In this document: positions 41,281 to 52,400 of the stretch, piece after piece
Layout: every line of letters starts with the position of its first letter
Numbering within the stretch: position 1 is the stretch's first letter
Notes under the pieces: generated by a model
Databases searched by the model: none
The model's input: the letters and a program-made list of their open reading frames with translations, nothing else
Told to the model about the DNA's origin: nothing
NCBI GenBank assembly: GCA_965223265.1
Contig: OZ244999.1
Location: forward strand, 1,440,001 to 1,504,000
DNA: 64,000 nucleotides
Reading direction: 5' to 3'
Origin: Planctomycetota bacterium
GTDB taxonomy: Bacteria > Planctomycetota > UBA8108 > SXIK01
Position numbers and translations under genes: made by a program

Positions 41281-42003
41281 ATGACTCAAGATTGGACTAC
41301 ACTCCTCCACGAAGCTTTTGAGTGTGGGGATCTGAAACTGTTCGAGGAGTGTATTACTCAGGGAGCTGACATTAACAGCGTCTTCGGAGGCGAACGCGTT
41401 CGTCTCCTTAAGGACGCTATTGGGGCCGGCGTGGAGGGCGTCAGTTACCTCCTCAAATACGGTGCCGATCCGAGTCTTCCCGTCGATTACACCGGCGAGC
41501 TTCCGCTGCGTTATGCGCGACTCTCACCGGAGCGATTGGAAGTGACGCGGGCACTGATCGAAGGCGGTGCTTGCCCCCTATACGAGCCAGAGGAGCGCGA
41601 TTCGCCCGTTCACGACGCAGCCAGCGACGGCGACGTCGATGTCTTGACTCTTTTGCTTCGGTCTGGAGGTCAGACACTGCTGGAAGTGCTGGACTACTGT
41701 GGCCGAACGCCCCTTATGTGTGCTGCGGACGAGGGCAGTGTGGAGGCCGCGAAGATCCTCGTTGAGGCGGGTGCCAAGTTGGACGCCGTGAACGACGATT
41801 ACCCACCGCTGACCGCTCTCTCACGCGCGACCGAAAAGCGGAAGTACGACATGGTCAAGTATCTCCTCGAAGCCGGAGCCGATCCCCATCGACCAGCGGA
41901 AGGAGAGTCAGCTGTCGCCATCGCGTTGCGACTGAAACGGTCCCCGGAGTACCTGAAGTTGATACAAGAAGTATTCGAAGGGATAGGCTCCAACTCATAT
42001 TGA
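41281..42003 (+). CDS. Ankyrin repeat protein
   Basis: SPVHDAA, GRTPLMCAA..LVEAGA, MVKYLLEAGADP. Confidence 0.88.
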   Translation: MTQDWTTLLHEAFECGDLKLFEECITQGADINSVFGGERVRLLKDAIGAGVEGVSYLLKYGADPSLPVDYTGELPLRYARLSPERLEVTRALIEGGACPLYEPEERDSPVHDAASDGDVDVLTLLLRSGGQTLLEVLDYCGRTPLMCAADEGSVEAAKILVEAGAKLDAVNDDYPPLTALSRATEKRKYDMVKYLLEAGADPHRPAEGESAVAIALRLKRSPEYLKLIQEVFEGIGSNSY

Positions 42004-42054
42004 TGTTGGCTCACGTCTTCCGCCCACCCGTCGTCTTCGTTACGATCTTTCGTC

Positions 42055-42768
42055 GTGAAGAAAACTCCTCGTCACATTGTTGCTCTCGGCGGTGGTGGTT
42101 TCTCGATGGAGCCTGAAAATCCGCTTCTCGACGATTTTACGTTGTCGCTCACGGCAAGGAGTCGTCCGCGCGTCTGTTTCCTGCCGACGGCCTCCGGTGA
42201 TTCAGAGGACTACACGGAGCGCTTCTATCAAGCCTTCCCTCCCTCGCGTGCCGACGCGACCCATCTCAGCCTCTTCGCGCGTGACGACCGGAGCCTTCGC
42301 GACTTCTTGCTCTCGCAGGACGTGATCTACGTCGGTGGCGGCAACACGGCGAACATGCTAGCGATTTGGCGCCTCCACAACCTCGACAAGATCCTCACCG
42401 AGGCGTGGCAGCGCGGCATCGTGCTCACGGGCGTCAGCGCCGGAATGATTTGCTGGTTCACCGCAGGTGTCACGGACTCGTTCGGGCCTCTGGCGCCGCT
42501 TGCGGACGGCTTGGCGCTCATCCGCGGCAGTGCTTGCCCTCACTTCGACGGCGAGCCGGAGCGGCGCCCGTCGTACCACCAGATGGTCACTCGCGGTCTC
42601 ATCCCGAGCGGCGTCGCGGCCGACGACGGCGCAGCGATCCACTTCGTCGACGGCGAGATGGAGCAGGTGGTCTCATCGCGCGAGGGCGCTCGCGCTTACG
42701 CGGTGGAGCTGGACCGTGCGGGCGACGACTCGACCGAGCGAGTTTTGGAGACGCGGTTTCTTGGCTGA
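42055..42768 (+). CDS. Peptidase E / S51 family peptidase
   Basis: FLPTASGD, IYVGGGNT, GVSAG nucleophile elbow, CPHFD, ADDG. Confidence 0.9.
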   Translation: MKKTPRHIVALGGGGFSMEPENPLLDDFTLSLTARSRPRVCFLPTASGDSEDYTERFYQAFPPSRADATHLSLFARDDRSLRDFLLSQDVIYVGGGNTANMLAIWRLHNLDKILTEAWQRGIVLTGVSAGMICWFTAGVTDSFGPLAPLADGLALIRGSACPHFDGEPERRPSYHQMVTRGLIPSGVAADDGAAIHFVDGEMEQVVSSREGARAYAVELDRAGDDSTERVLETRFLG

Positions 42769-42789
42769 CTTGACGTGCGGCGTGGGAGT

Positions 42790-45700
42790 CTACTGGGAAC
42801 AGTGTGGATCGACGCACGTGAGGCGGCTCGGAGTCGATGGCTGATCGCACTCTGGGAAAGGTGCGACGGGTGGGCTGCCTCCCTCAAACGCGAACGTAAG
42901 GAGATAGATCGCGTCGGTTGGACTGCCGCCGACTTCGCCATCTCCATCGGCGTCGCAGGCCGCGACGCACGGCGGTCTCGGGCCACCACGAAAAGTGTAG
43001 TTGAGAAGGTAGATCGCGTCCGCAACGCTGCCGCCGACGCGCCCGTCGCCGTCACAGTCACCGCGGAGAAACGCTTGGCAGTCGTCAACGACGCCACCAA
43101 CCTGCCCAGGATCCCAACGTGGATCGCGAACGACGTGGATCGATCCTCCCCGAAGGCCGGCGAGTACGGATGGTGGCTGGTGAAACAGTTGCCAGAGGCT
43201 GCCCCACGTCGTGGCGACGAGATCACCGCGACCGTTGCCGTTGAGATCGCCCCAGGCGACGCCGCCGATCCAGTTGGGAAAGGATGAGAAGGATGCCTTG
43301 CGAGCGAACGAGCCATCACCGGAGTTGAACAGAACGACCAGCGCGTTACCGTCCGGTCCCAAGACGTCGAGATCGCCGTCGGCGTCGAAGTCCACGAGGT
43401 CGTAAAGGAGCTGCGTTTCGGCAGCGAAGAAGTCTGGCGACGACAGCTCTCCCGCGCCGAGATTCAGGTGAACTGCAACCGAGGTGCGCTCCGACGCGTC
43501 GCGCCGGACGCCCGCTGCGATCAGGTCAAGCTCTCCATCCTGATTGACATCCGCCAGCTTGACGCTGATCGAACCCTGCAGTCCACTCTCAAGAGTTGAC
43601 GCCTCGAAGGTCATCTCACCGCGGTTGAAGAGGAGGCGAACTTCGCCGCCGCCGGAGATGATATCTGGGGCGGCTACGTCGAGACGGCCGTCTCTGTCGA
43701 GGTCGCCAAGCTCGATCGGTGCACAGAAAAACAGTGAATGCGGCAAGACGCGCGGCTTGCCGAAGTGACGCTCGCCGAGCCCACGATAGATCAGGAGCTC
43801 TTCGCCTGCGGAGACTGAGGCGAGGTCGAGCGTACCATCGCCGTCGAAGTCTCCAGCTCGCAGCGAACATGGACCCGCGGCATCTGGCAGATCGCTTCTG
43901 ACGAAGTCCTCCGCGTCGTTGAAGAACACGTGCACACCCACATCGCTGGTCGCAGCAAAGTCCGGCCTCCCATCGCTGTCGAGATCGGAAGCGATGAGCG
44001 ATCGCGGGAGTGCCTCATCCGGCTGGTCAAGGTCGAGTACTCGGTGGGGAACGAGTTGGCCGTTGCCGAGATTCGTGAAGATGCTGATTTTTCCCGGAAT
44101 GCGATCCAGCGCGGCGACGTCGAGCGCCCCGTCGCCGTTGAGGTCCCGCACGTGAACATCGCTAGGAAGGATGCCGGGAGTCGCCAGGCTTTCCGCTGGG
44201 TCCGCGAACAGAGAACCGTGTTCATTGAGCAGGACCGAGACGCCCAAACGGCTGGCTGCGACCACATCGGGCGTCTCATCGCCGTTAAGGTCGTCGACGA
44301 ACAGGGATCCCGGTTCAAGCGCTTCGGAGCCCCCGGAGCGCACGTCAATCTGTGCCCGCGCGGCAAAGTGGCCGTCCGCTAGCTGCTTGAAAACTGACAC
44401 ACCGGCGCGCCCGTTTCCTGAGACTCTCAGTGCGAGCAAATCGATGTGGGCGTCGTCGTCGACGTCGGCGAGCGCGAGGTCTTTTGGGAATTGCTCCTCG
44501 GACTCTTGAAAACGGGTGAGCTCCTCGGCGCGCAGAAACGTGCCGTCGCCGAGGTTGCGGTAGACACTGACCGACCCGAAGGCATTGGAGTTGATGATGT
44601 CGATGTCGCCGTCTGTGTCGATGTCACCCGTCGTCAGCCGATTCGTGTTGCTTCGAGCGGGGAAGTCCACCAGCGTCCTGAGCTCGAAATCGTCGGTGCG
44701 CAGCAGCCAGAGCCCCGAGCTACTCGCACCGATGAGATCTTCAATCCCATCACCGTCGACATCCGCAACGACGAGGCCACACCGGCAGGATCCTTGAAGG
44801 CCTCTGCCGATCGTGTGCACGGCGGCGAGCTCGAATCGTCCGTCGCGATGGAGCCATACTCGGAGGTCTTTGACCGCGTCTTGAGTGCGGAACGAACTCG
44901 GATTCGTGGCGGCTGCGAGGTCAAGAGTGCCGTCACCGTCAAGATCGCCCGTCGTCAACGCGACGAACTGACGGGTACTGGACAACAGAGGTTGTGAATC
45001 TTCGAATGAGCCACGCCCATCGCCACGGGCCATCCGCATGCGGAACGATCCGAACGGGTCCCGCCGATGACCGGAGGCGATGGCGTCAACGTTACCGTCG
45101 AGGTCGAAGTCACCGACGACGAGACCGGTTGCAACCATTCCGAGGGGGATGGAGTCCCGCTCGGCGAATGTCCCGTCGCTTCGATTGCGGAGAACGACCA
45201 GTGTTTCGTCGTGCCCGTCCGCGGCGACAAGATCCTTAGCACCATCTCCGTCAAGGTCGACGCGACGCGCGGGCGCGCGAAAGTCGTTCACGGGATAGCT
45301 GAGTGTCGGCTGTGGTCTGCTGTGACAATCAGATATGGCTAACGTCGCGATCAATGCAGCGTCCCTGTCCGTCAGGCGGCGATTGTGCACTTGAAGAGCG
45401 AGCACGTTGTCGTCGCCCAGATGGAACCGCTCCAAGTCGTGCAGATACATCGTCCGCGGCTCGCCGACGTTGTGAGGTTCGGTTGCTGTCGCATCGAACG
45501 GCGGGGGAGAGCCGTGCAGATTGGCACGTCCGACTTCGACGCCGTTGACATACGCCACGAAGCCGTCGTCGTAGTGAACAGTGAGTGTCAAGCCTGAGAG
45601 GCTGCCGCTCGGCACGCTGAAGGATCGGCGGGCGAAGACCGAGACGTAGGTCCCCTGCATATCTTCCAGGAGCGTGGTTGTCTCGGCGGTGCCGAATCCT

Positions 45701-45891
45701 ATGCTCGTCGCGCCTAAGAGCCAGCCCGAGTCATCGAATGAGCGTTTGTTCCAGTTTGCCGGGGGCTCGTGGGTGCCTTTGAAGAAACGCCAGACGGCGC
45801 CTTCTTCGATTGGTAGGACGTCCCCGGAGCGAAGAGAAGACGCAGCGGCGGTCATCGCGATCGCCAGGAGAAATGCGGGCCTTCGCAACAT
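42790..45891 (-). CDS. Secreted FG-GAP/VCBS repeat protein with N-terminal beta-sandwich and C-terminal dockerin-like domain
   Basis: Signal peptide MLRRPAFLL..; WRFFKG..YDDGFVAYVNGVEV; many DLDGDGxxD repeats; FLRGDCDGDG..DAIYLL..PPVAPFPEC. Confidence 0.85.
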   Translation of the reverse strand: MLRRPAFLLAIAMTAAASSLRSGDVLPIEEGAVWRFFKGTHEPPANWNKRSFDDSGWLLGATSIGFGTAETTTLLEDMQGTYVSVFARRSFSVPSGSLSGLTLTVHYDDGFVAYVNGVEVGRANLHGSPPPFDATATEPHNVGEPRTMYLHDLERFHLGDDNVLALQVHNRRLTDRDAALIATLAISDCHSRPQPTLSYPVNDFRAPARRVDLDGDGAKDLVAADGHDETLVVLRNRSDGTFAERDSIPLGMVATGLVVGDFDLDGNVDAIASGHRRDPFGSFRMRMARGDGRGSFEDSQPLLSSTRQFVALTTGDLDGDGTLDLAAATNPSSFRTQDAVKDLRVWLHRDGRFELAAVHTIGRGLQGSCRCGLVVADVDGDGIEDLIGASSSGLWLLRTDDFELRTLVDFPARSNTNRLTTGDIDTDGDIDIINSNAFGSVSVYRNLGDGTFLRAEELTRFQESEEQFPKDLALADVDDDAHIDLLALRVSGNGRAGVSVFKQLADGHFAARAQIDVRSGGSEALEPGSLFVDDLNGDETPDVVAASRLGVSVLLNEHGSLFADPAESLATPGILPSDVHVRDLNGDGALDVAALDRIPGKISIFTNLGNGQLVPHRVLDLDQPDEALPRSLIASDLDSDGRPDFAATSDVGVHVFFNDAEDFVRSDLPDAAGPCSLRAGDFDGDGTLDLASVSAGEELLIYRGLGERHFGKPRVLPHSLFFCAPIELGDLDRDGRLDVAAPDIISGGGEVRLLFNRGEMTFEASTLESGLQGSISVKLADVNQDGELDLIAAGVRRDASERTSVAVHLNLGAGELSSPDFFAAETQLLYDLVDFDADGDLDVLGPDGNALVVLFNSGDGSFARKASFSSFPNWIGGVAWGDLNGNGRGDLVATTWGSLWQLFHQPPSVLAGLRGGSIHVVRDPRWDPGQVGGVVDDCQAFLRGDCDGDGRVGGSVADAIYLLNYTFRGGPRPPCVAACDADGDGEVGGSPTDAIYLLTFAFEGGSPPVAPFPECDQPSTPSRLTCVDPHCSQ

Positions 45892-45951
45892 ACGTTCCCC
45901 CAGGAGGTCGTTACTGCCTGGTACGTCCGCGTGCACGCGTCGTCCAACCCA

Positions 45952-45982
45952 TTGTATTGACGTGGAGGAGAAGAATCCTTCG
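45952..45982 (-). promoter_or_regulatory. Putative ECF promoter upstream of the VCBS-dockerin gene
   Basis: Minus strand CGAAGGATT-N11-CGTCAATACAA; matches the motif at 46231-46261. Confidence 0.7.
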
Positions 45983-46230
45983 TTCGCGCAGTTTTTTCGT
46001 CGAAAGAAGATCGAACGGGGTTCCCGTGAATCCACTATCTCACCGGAGGCGCCTCTGGGTGATCATCGGGTGATCATCTCGAGGTAACTCTCTACACTGG
46101 GAGGAGTAGCGTCGCACCGGAGCTGTCCTCCACGGCGGGCTGACTCGACGCCTGGGCACGTGCCGTCACCACGCCTGCCGCAAAATGGTCCGATCTCCGT
46201 TTGTGCGCTATCGACACAGAAAAGATATCG

Positions 46231-46261
46231 CGAAGGATTTCTTCGATCTGCGGCAATACAA
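46231..46261 (+). promoter_or_regulatory. Putative ECF autoregulatory promoter
   Basis: CGAAGGATT-N11-CGGCAATACAA, ~35 bp upstream of the sigma ORF. Confidence 0.7.
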
Positions 46262-46295
46262 GACGACCGAACACAAGTGATCGGAGACGTGATCG

Positions 46296-46919
46296 TTGGA
46301 ATCCCCAGCCGTGGACGGCGCAGACGAGTGCTCGGATGCGGAAACAGCATCGGAGCAGCACTCCTCGCGGCAGCTCTCTCAGCGGCTTGCGAAGGGCTGT
46401 CCCATTGCATGGGATCGTTTCTACACGCTCTATGCTGAGCGTCTTTACCGTTTTGTTCTCACCAGAGCGCCGCAGCGACGAGAACTCGCGAGTGATGTAA
46501 CCCACGATGCGGTCGTTGCCGCGATCGCGACCATTCAGAGGTACGACGCGACCCGAGGGACCCTTTGGGCGTGGCTCCAGGGGATCGCTGTGAACAAGTT
46601 GCGCGAAGCCTTTCGGCGAGAAGCGCGCCAACAAAAGCTGCGATCGGAGGTCGGCGCGCGAATGGCCGAGAACTCAGAGGACGGTGCTGGTCAACTTTCC
46701 GAACCACCGCCTAGGTTAGATCTCGAGAAGATCCTTGCCGGTTTGAAGGTACAGCACTGCGAGGTGCTCCGGTTGAAGTACTTGGAAGGTTGCAGTGTGC
46801 GCACGATCGCAAAGAGACTCGGCGCGACAGAAAAGACGATCGAATCGAGATTGACGCGCGCTCGAAGGGCCTTCCGTCAGGCTCACGGGCAACTGAACGC
46901 CGCAGGCGGTGACGAATGA
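46296..46919 (+). CDS. ECF RNA polymerase sigma factor
   Basis: AWDRFYTLY..LYRF, WLQGIAVNK, VLRLKYLEG.SVRTIA..LG.TEKTIESRLTRAR. Confidence 0.9.
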   Translation: MESPAVDGADECSDAETASEQHSSRQLSQRLAKGCPIAWDRFYTLYAERLYRFVLTRAPQRRELASDVTHDAVVAAIATIQRYDATRGTLWAWLQGIAVNKLREAFRREARQQKLRSEVGARMAENSEDGAGQLSEPPPRLDLEKILAGLKVQHCEVLRLKYLEGCSVRTIAKRLGATEKTIESRLTRARRAFRQAHGQLNAAGGDE

Positions 46920-49432
46920 GACAAGATTCCTCCACAAACCAACCGCAGGGCGAAAGACTCCCTCCCGGGTTTCGGATACGTCTGGACGCCGAAGTCAGTC
47001 GCATTTTGGAGCGGCGGCGTTTTCTCCGCAGGCTGCGGTACACGAGTGTTGCCGTCGCCTTTCTGGTCGGTCTCGGCGTGCTTTGGTGGGCTTCCTCGCC
47101 GGCGACACAGGAAACTCAGGAGTCAATGCCTCCCGTGTCCGACGCAGCGGAGTCGCCTCGAGAGAACGCGTCGCGATCGCAGCCGTCGCGAGAGCTCGCG
47201 CGCGTCGATCCAGCGTCGACTCTCGAGGAGTTGCGGGCTCTCTCAGTCGGGGAGTTGCTTGCCCTACACGATCGACGCCAGAGGCCACCGGAGTTGCACT
47301 TCGATGGTGATGTGCGCTTTGTCGAGATCCAGCGATTGATTGAGAGCTCGGATTTCATCGTTCACGCGCGCGTCGAAGAGGTCGTCGTCGACAAAGAACG
47401 TCTCGTGCAGGGCCTCTTGAGCGACACGATGCAGCGCATGGATGGCGTGTTCGTCACTGCAGAGCTCGCAGTTATCCACAGCGAGCCGCCGCTCGCACAG
47501 TCGCAGCTTTCCCTGAAGGGCGTCGCTGATTTGGATGAGCTGCAGCCAGGTCACGAGTTTCTCTTCGCCGTGAAACGACGCGCGGGAGAGCTTCGACCGT
47601 GGGTCAGTTACGGACTGCAGCGCGGGATCTCACGTGTCACCGGCTCAGGCCCGCAGGCGAAGGTCCGGCAGTTTGGCGTCGGGCTCGACGCAGCGTGGCA
47701 CTCGATTCGTTTGCGCCAGCGGATCGTTCGCGGCGAGCGTCTCGAAGCCGCGGATTTATCTCGTACGTTCGAGATGCTGCGCAGTGGTTCGCCGGACGAG
47801 GCCTCTCATGCAATGAGCGTTCTGCGTCTTGTCCCGCCGCACATGATTCCAACTGCGCTCCTCGTTGAGGCATTTCAGAAAGCTCGGAGGGAGGGGGTTC
47901 GCGACAGCGCGCTCGAGTTGTTGTACGTCACTGCGGACGAGCCAGCCGTCGACCGCGTCCTCGAGCTGATGTCACACTCTGACTTCCCCCGCGGCAACGA
48001 TCAAGTCGAGCAGGGCATCTTACGCCTCGCTTTGAAGTTCGCGGGACCGGAGCGACGTGCGCGCGTTCTCTCGCTTCTTGGACGAGAGGTTAAATCCACG
48101 GACGCACGCGGCGAAGTCGTAACGAAGGTTCTCGTTCGGCCAACCTATTCCGCTCTCACTCTTCTGGCAGGAATACCTGGCGACGATGTCGAAGAGATTC
48201 TGGAAGAGTGCTTTGAAGAGCCTCTGCGTCGCCACCTGGAGCCGTGGATTCTCGAGAGTGAAAGCGTGCGTTCAGACCTGTCTTGGAGGCGGAAGTGCCG
48301 ACTCGAGTTCCTGACCCGGCGTTCTCGCAGCGAACGACTCGATGCTTTTTTGCGCCTCGATCGTGAGCGTCCCTTTGGGCGTTTTCTGCGCGCGATTGGA
48401 TTCCTCTCTGGCTCGGAAGCTGACGCAGTGATTTCTTACCTCAAGGGGCGGCCGGCTAAACATGTCCGTTCGGCGATGAACCTGATCCGGTTAAAGCTTG
48501 CGAGTCCCGAGCTCGTTCCCTGGCTGCGAGAGGTCGCAGTTGAATTTCCAGAAGATTTCGGCGTCCTCAACGCACTCGAGGCCTGTGGTGATCCGACGGC
48601 GCGCGCGCAATCGATCGCGTTGGCGCTGCGAATTCTCGAGCGGGAGATTGTCGGCGAGAGCTGGCGTGCGGTCGGCCGTGAATTCACGGCGCGGCGAGCA
48701 GCGATCGAGACCCTCGGTCGCAAAGGAGACGAGCATGTCATGCCCGCGATTGAGAAGTTTCTGAGCGTTTCGGTCTTGGAGGAGCAGCGAACGGAATTCG
48801 AAGCGGCCTATGCGCGTCTGCACGATGGCAAGAGCCCCGGAAGCTTGCAGCTCAGGGCTTTCCTACCAGATTTCGAGATGGCAGCTCTGTTAGCGATGGC
48901 CCGGCAGCGTCAAGAGGCCGCCCTGCCGCGGCTGCGAGCGATCTACGGCGAGAATGATCTTGGCCGGCGGACGCAAGCAGCCGTAGCCCTCTATGCACTC
49001 GGCGATTCCATAGCAGACGATTTCGTCGAACTCTTTGCGACGCATAACGAGAGGAACATCATCGAGATCGATCTGCGCTATGAGGAGGAGGGGTTCAACG
49101 GCGAATTTCAGCACGCGGTACGTTACTTACGTACGCCGCGCACCGATACGCTTTTCCTCAGACGCATCGAACACGATCTCGACATGGCAGACAGTAAAGT
49201 CGTCACCGCGATAGATTTCCTCGTCGACCACGATCGGCAGATTCTGTCAGTTCTCCTCCGACACTTGGGAGGGCGTCGTAGCCGAGCGGCCATCCAAGCC
49301 GCGCGCTGTCTCGAGGACGTGTTCGGTCTCGATTTGAAACCCGACGCTCGCCCAGGCACTCTTCCTGTGGGGCGCGAGGAGTTTGTCGCCAAATGGCGCG
49401 CTGAGGTGGACGCCTACTTGAAAGGTGATTGA
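46916..49432 (+). CDS. Large single-TM putative anti-sigma/sensor with HEAT-like helical extracytoplasmic region
   Basis: ATGA overlap with the sigma gene; RRRFLRR followed by a TM helix; AAIETLGRKGD and AAVALYALGD helical repeats. Confidence 0.65.
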   Translation: MRQDSSTNQPQGERLPPGFRIRLDAEVSRILERRRFLRRLRYTSVAVAFLVGLGVLWWASSPATQETQESMPPVSDAAESPRENASRSQPSRELARVDPASTLEELRALSVGELLALHDRRQRPPELHFDGDVRFVEIQRLIESSDFIVHARVEEVVVDKERLVQGLLSDTMQRMDGVFVTAELAVIHSEPPLAQSQLSLKGVADLDELQPGHEFLFAVKRRAGELRPWVSYGLQRGISRVTGSGPQAKVRQFGVGLDAAWHSIRLRQRIVRGERLEAADLSRTFEMLRSGSPDEASHAMSVLRLVPPHMIPTALLVEAFQKARREGVRDSALELLYVTADEPAVDRVLELMSHSDFPRGNDQVEQGILRLALKFAGPERRARVLSLLGREVKSTDARGEVVTKVLVRPTYSALTLLAGIPGDDVEEILEECFEEPLRRHLEPWILESESVRSDLSWRRKCRLEFLTRRSRSERLDAFLRLDRERPFGRFLRAIGFLSGSEADAVISYLKGRPAKHVRSAMNLIRLKLASPELVPWLREVAVEFPEDFGVLNALEACGDPTARAQSIALALRILEREIVGESWRAVGREFTARRAAIETLGRKGDEHVMPAIEKFLSVSVLEEQRTEFEAAYARLHDGKSPGSLQLRAFLPDFEMAALLAMARQRQEAALPRLRAIYGENDLGRRTQAAVALYALGDSIADDFVELFATHNERNIIEIDLRYEEEGFNGEFQHAVRYLRTPRTDTLFLRRIEHDLDMADSKVVTAIDFLVDHDRQILSVLLRHLGGRRSRAAIQAARCLEDVFGLDLKPDARPGTLPVGREEFVAKWRAEVDAYLKGD

Positions 49433-49462
49433 GCCGCGCCGCGATGCGACGTGCGCCCGTCA

Positions 49463-52400
49463 TCATCTCGACGATTTTTTCTTCTCGACTCGAGCGACGA
49501 ACGCGTTGATTCGACGCGCAACTTCGGTCGGACGTTCGATCAAGAGTGAGTGAGACGCTCCCTTGAGCCACACCAGCTCAATGTTGTCGCGTACCGGGAT
49601 GCGCATGGCTTCGCGGCTCGGCGGATTCTTGCCGCGATCGCCCCAGAGCTCCAGCACGGGGCGTTTTGTGTGTTCGAGAATCGCGGAACCGTCCCAGCGT
49701 CGCCAGACAGACGCGAACGCTTTGATCTGCTGCTCCGTTAATCCGCGCAGCACGCGCGCGCGGTTGGCTTGCCGCTTTTTCTCTTGCTCTGGCGTCAGCG
49801 TCGAGGTGATCGTGCCGCCGAAAGCCTCCTTAGCGACGCGGTGATGCGTCCAGCCTTCGATCGAGATCGCGCCGAGAATCGCCTGCGGACGCTGTTTCAA
49901 CAGCTCGATCGAAACCATCCCGCCGATGCTGTGCCCCCCGACGTAAAACTCGTCGAGATCGAGGGCGTCTGTGACGCGAAGGACGTCCGCCGCGAAACTC
50001 TCCATCGAACCGTCGATGGTCGGAGGTTGCGAGTCGCCATGGCCGCGCAGTTCGACGATCACTACGTGGAACGACCGATCGAGTCGGCGGAGAACGTCCA
50101 TGAAAACTTTGTAGTCTCCCCAGCTGCCGGGAATCAAAACAAGCGTCGGCCCACGCCCCCCCCGCACGTGATAACCAAGGCGTCCACCTCCCGGAGTCGC
50201 TACTGTGCCATGAAGCAGCTCCAGGGATGAGAAATCTATGTTCAAGGGCTCGCGGATTTTCGCGTAGTAGCCGACCCGTCGGCCGCGCAGGTTCGTCAGG
50301 TCGATCTTGTTCTTGGCGTCCTTCCAGGCATGCCAGTAGCTGCCGCCGGCAAGCCACTTGCACAGTTGCCCCCAGTCGGGAAAGCGCAGCGCAGCATCGT
50401 CAGCGTCCATGAACAAAACGCGCTGGCGATAGTCTTCGAATGCATCGACTCGCGCTTTAAGCTCGAGGAGTGACTCACGGCTGCCGATGAGTTGATGGGC
50501 TTCGTACGTCGACCACATGTTGCTCACAAGTCGCAGATAATCGAACTGCAGACGGGTCATGCGTAGGTTGTCCGCGGCGGCGCCGATGACCCCGACACTC
50601 TCAGCCTTCCTGATGAGTTCGTCGAGCTTAAGAGTCATGGTTGGTGGGAAGCGTCGGTGCAACACTTGCGCGTGCGGCGCGTCGGGTTGCAATCTGTTGC
50701 GCCGGAGCGGGCGTTCGCCGCCATTGACCGGGCCGTAGAGGTGGCGGAAGAACTCGATCATTGCCTCGCCCGCGCCTCCATAGACGCCACGGCAGTACTC
50801 TCGGACGAGTTCGTTCTCATCGAGGGTGGGGTCGCCGAGCATACGACCCAGTGTGTAGAAAACCGGGCCGTTGAGGCCCCAGTTGTTGCCGTCTCCGCCG
50901 TTGAAAAAGCCGATCACTCCCAAGCGATGAAACTTGCGGACTTCATCGGCGACTTCCTTCGGTGTTACGTCCGGCGCATGCCCATACACCCAGGACATGT
51001 CCCACCAGATTTTGTAGACAGTCATCGCCGAGACTTTGTTCGACCACGCCTCCAGCATCTCGGGAATGTCGTGACACAGCTCCGCGACGACGTTCGGGCT
51101 GTAAACGTCGATGCTCTTCGATGGCCAGCGCGTTGGAATGTACGCGAGGTAGTGGACGATTCTTCCAGGGTGGGAGATTGCGCACTGCTCAGCGACCCAA
51201 TTGTGAACCACGTGGAGACGATCGACGGGGTTGTCACGATTGGTCGTGTGCAGCCACTTGTGCCAATCTGGCCCATCGACGGCCTGATCCCATGGCTTGA
51301 AGTTGTCCATCGCCTCGCAACGTTCGCACTCGCAGCGCTTCCAGCCGTCGCTCTGCCCCAGTTGCACCCAGTCGTAGCCGTTGTCGAATTCGCGTCGGAT
51401 GCCGGCGAGTAAGAGCTTCTGCACCTCGGGGTTCGACGTGCAGAGATGATTCCCCTCGGCGGTCCGCTTGCCATCCCGCATGGCAAAATACTCGGGGTGT
51501 TCCTGAAACAGTCCTTTGCTCACCCAGTGGTACCAGGAGTGACCTCCGAAGGTTTTGAGGCGGATGCCATAGCGAAGGTTGTTGGCATAGGCCGACGGGT
51601 AAAGGCGAGGAGACCCGTAGAGAAACGAGCCGATCGCGTAGGCGAACGGCGGAACAACGACCTTCTCGAACGACCGAGGCACGCTGAGCGTGTCCCTCTT
51701 TGGCACGACAATTCCCTGATCGAACGGCATAAACCAGCGAACGTCGCAAACGGACTCCAGAAATGTCACCACGGCTTTGCACGTGCCGTTGGCGCCAGCA
51801 AGGTCCGAACCCTTGATGCCGTGGATGCGATCGGGGCTCCACGGGTCGAGTTCATGAAAGTCTCGCAGCTTTTGAGGCGACGGATCGCCGCGTCCGGCTC
51901 CAGTGCTGTCACGACCCAGTAGGTAGAGGACGTTGCCGCGCACCGCGAGGCGGCACCCGTCCCACTTCAAGTCGTTCGTGGAAATTCCAGCGCTTGCTGC
52001 GAGCCGAGTATGTCCCACGGAAATCAGAGTGCCGCCAACCGCTTCACTCTCGTTTGCGAGTGGCAGGCGTGCACCGGTGGCTCTCTCTACGTACGTTTGC
52101 AGCCAGCCTGCGGCCATGCGCTGCCACCAGTCAGCGTCGTCGGCAACCACGATGGTACTTGCTGGACGGCCGTCAACGACGAGGAGAAGTTGGTCGCTCT
52201 CTCCAGGAGACTCACTCCGCGGCTCATCGACGATCGTGACGTTGTCCCGGTTGCCTGTGATCTCTGGTGGTTTCGACCATCGCACGTTCTCCAATCGAAT
52301 ACGCGGTTCGTAGTCGGGGTAGTCGTCGTCACCGAGCTTGGCGTTGGCGTTGCCTGTCTTGGCATTGATCTTCATCTGCCCTACACGGGCGTTGCGGATC

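Noticed and set aside
39901-41310. 469-aa minus-strand ORF
   Set aside because: Antisense shadow of 40267-41193, which has an RBS and better composition; it also overlaps the GNAT gene.
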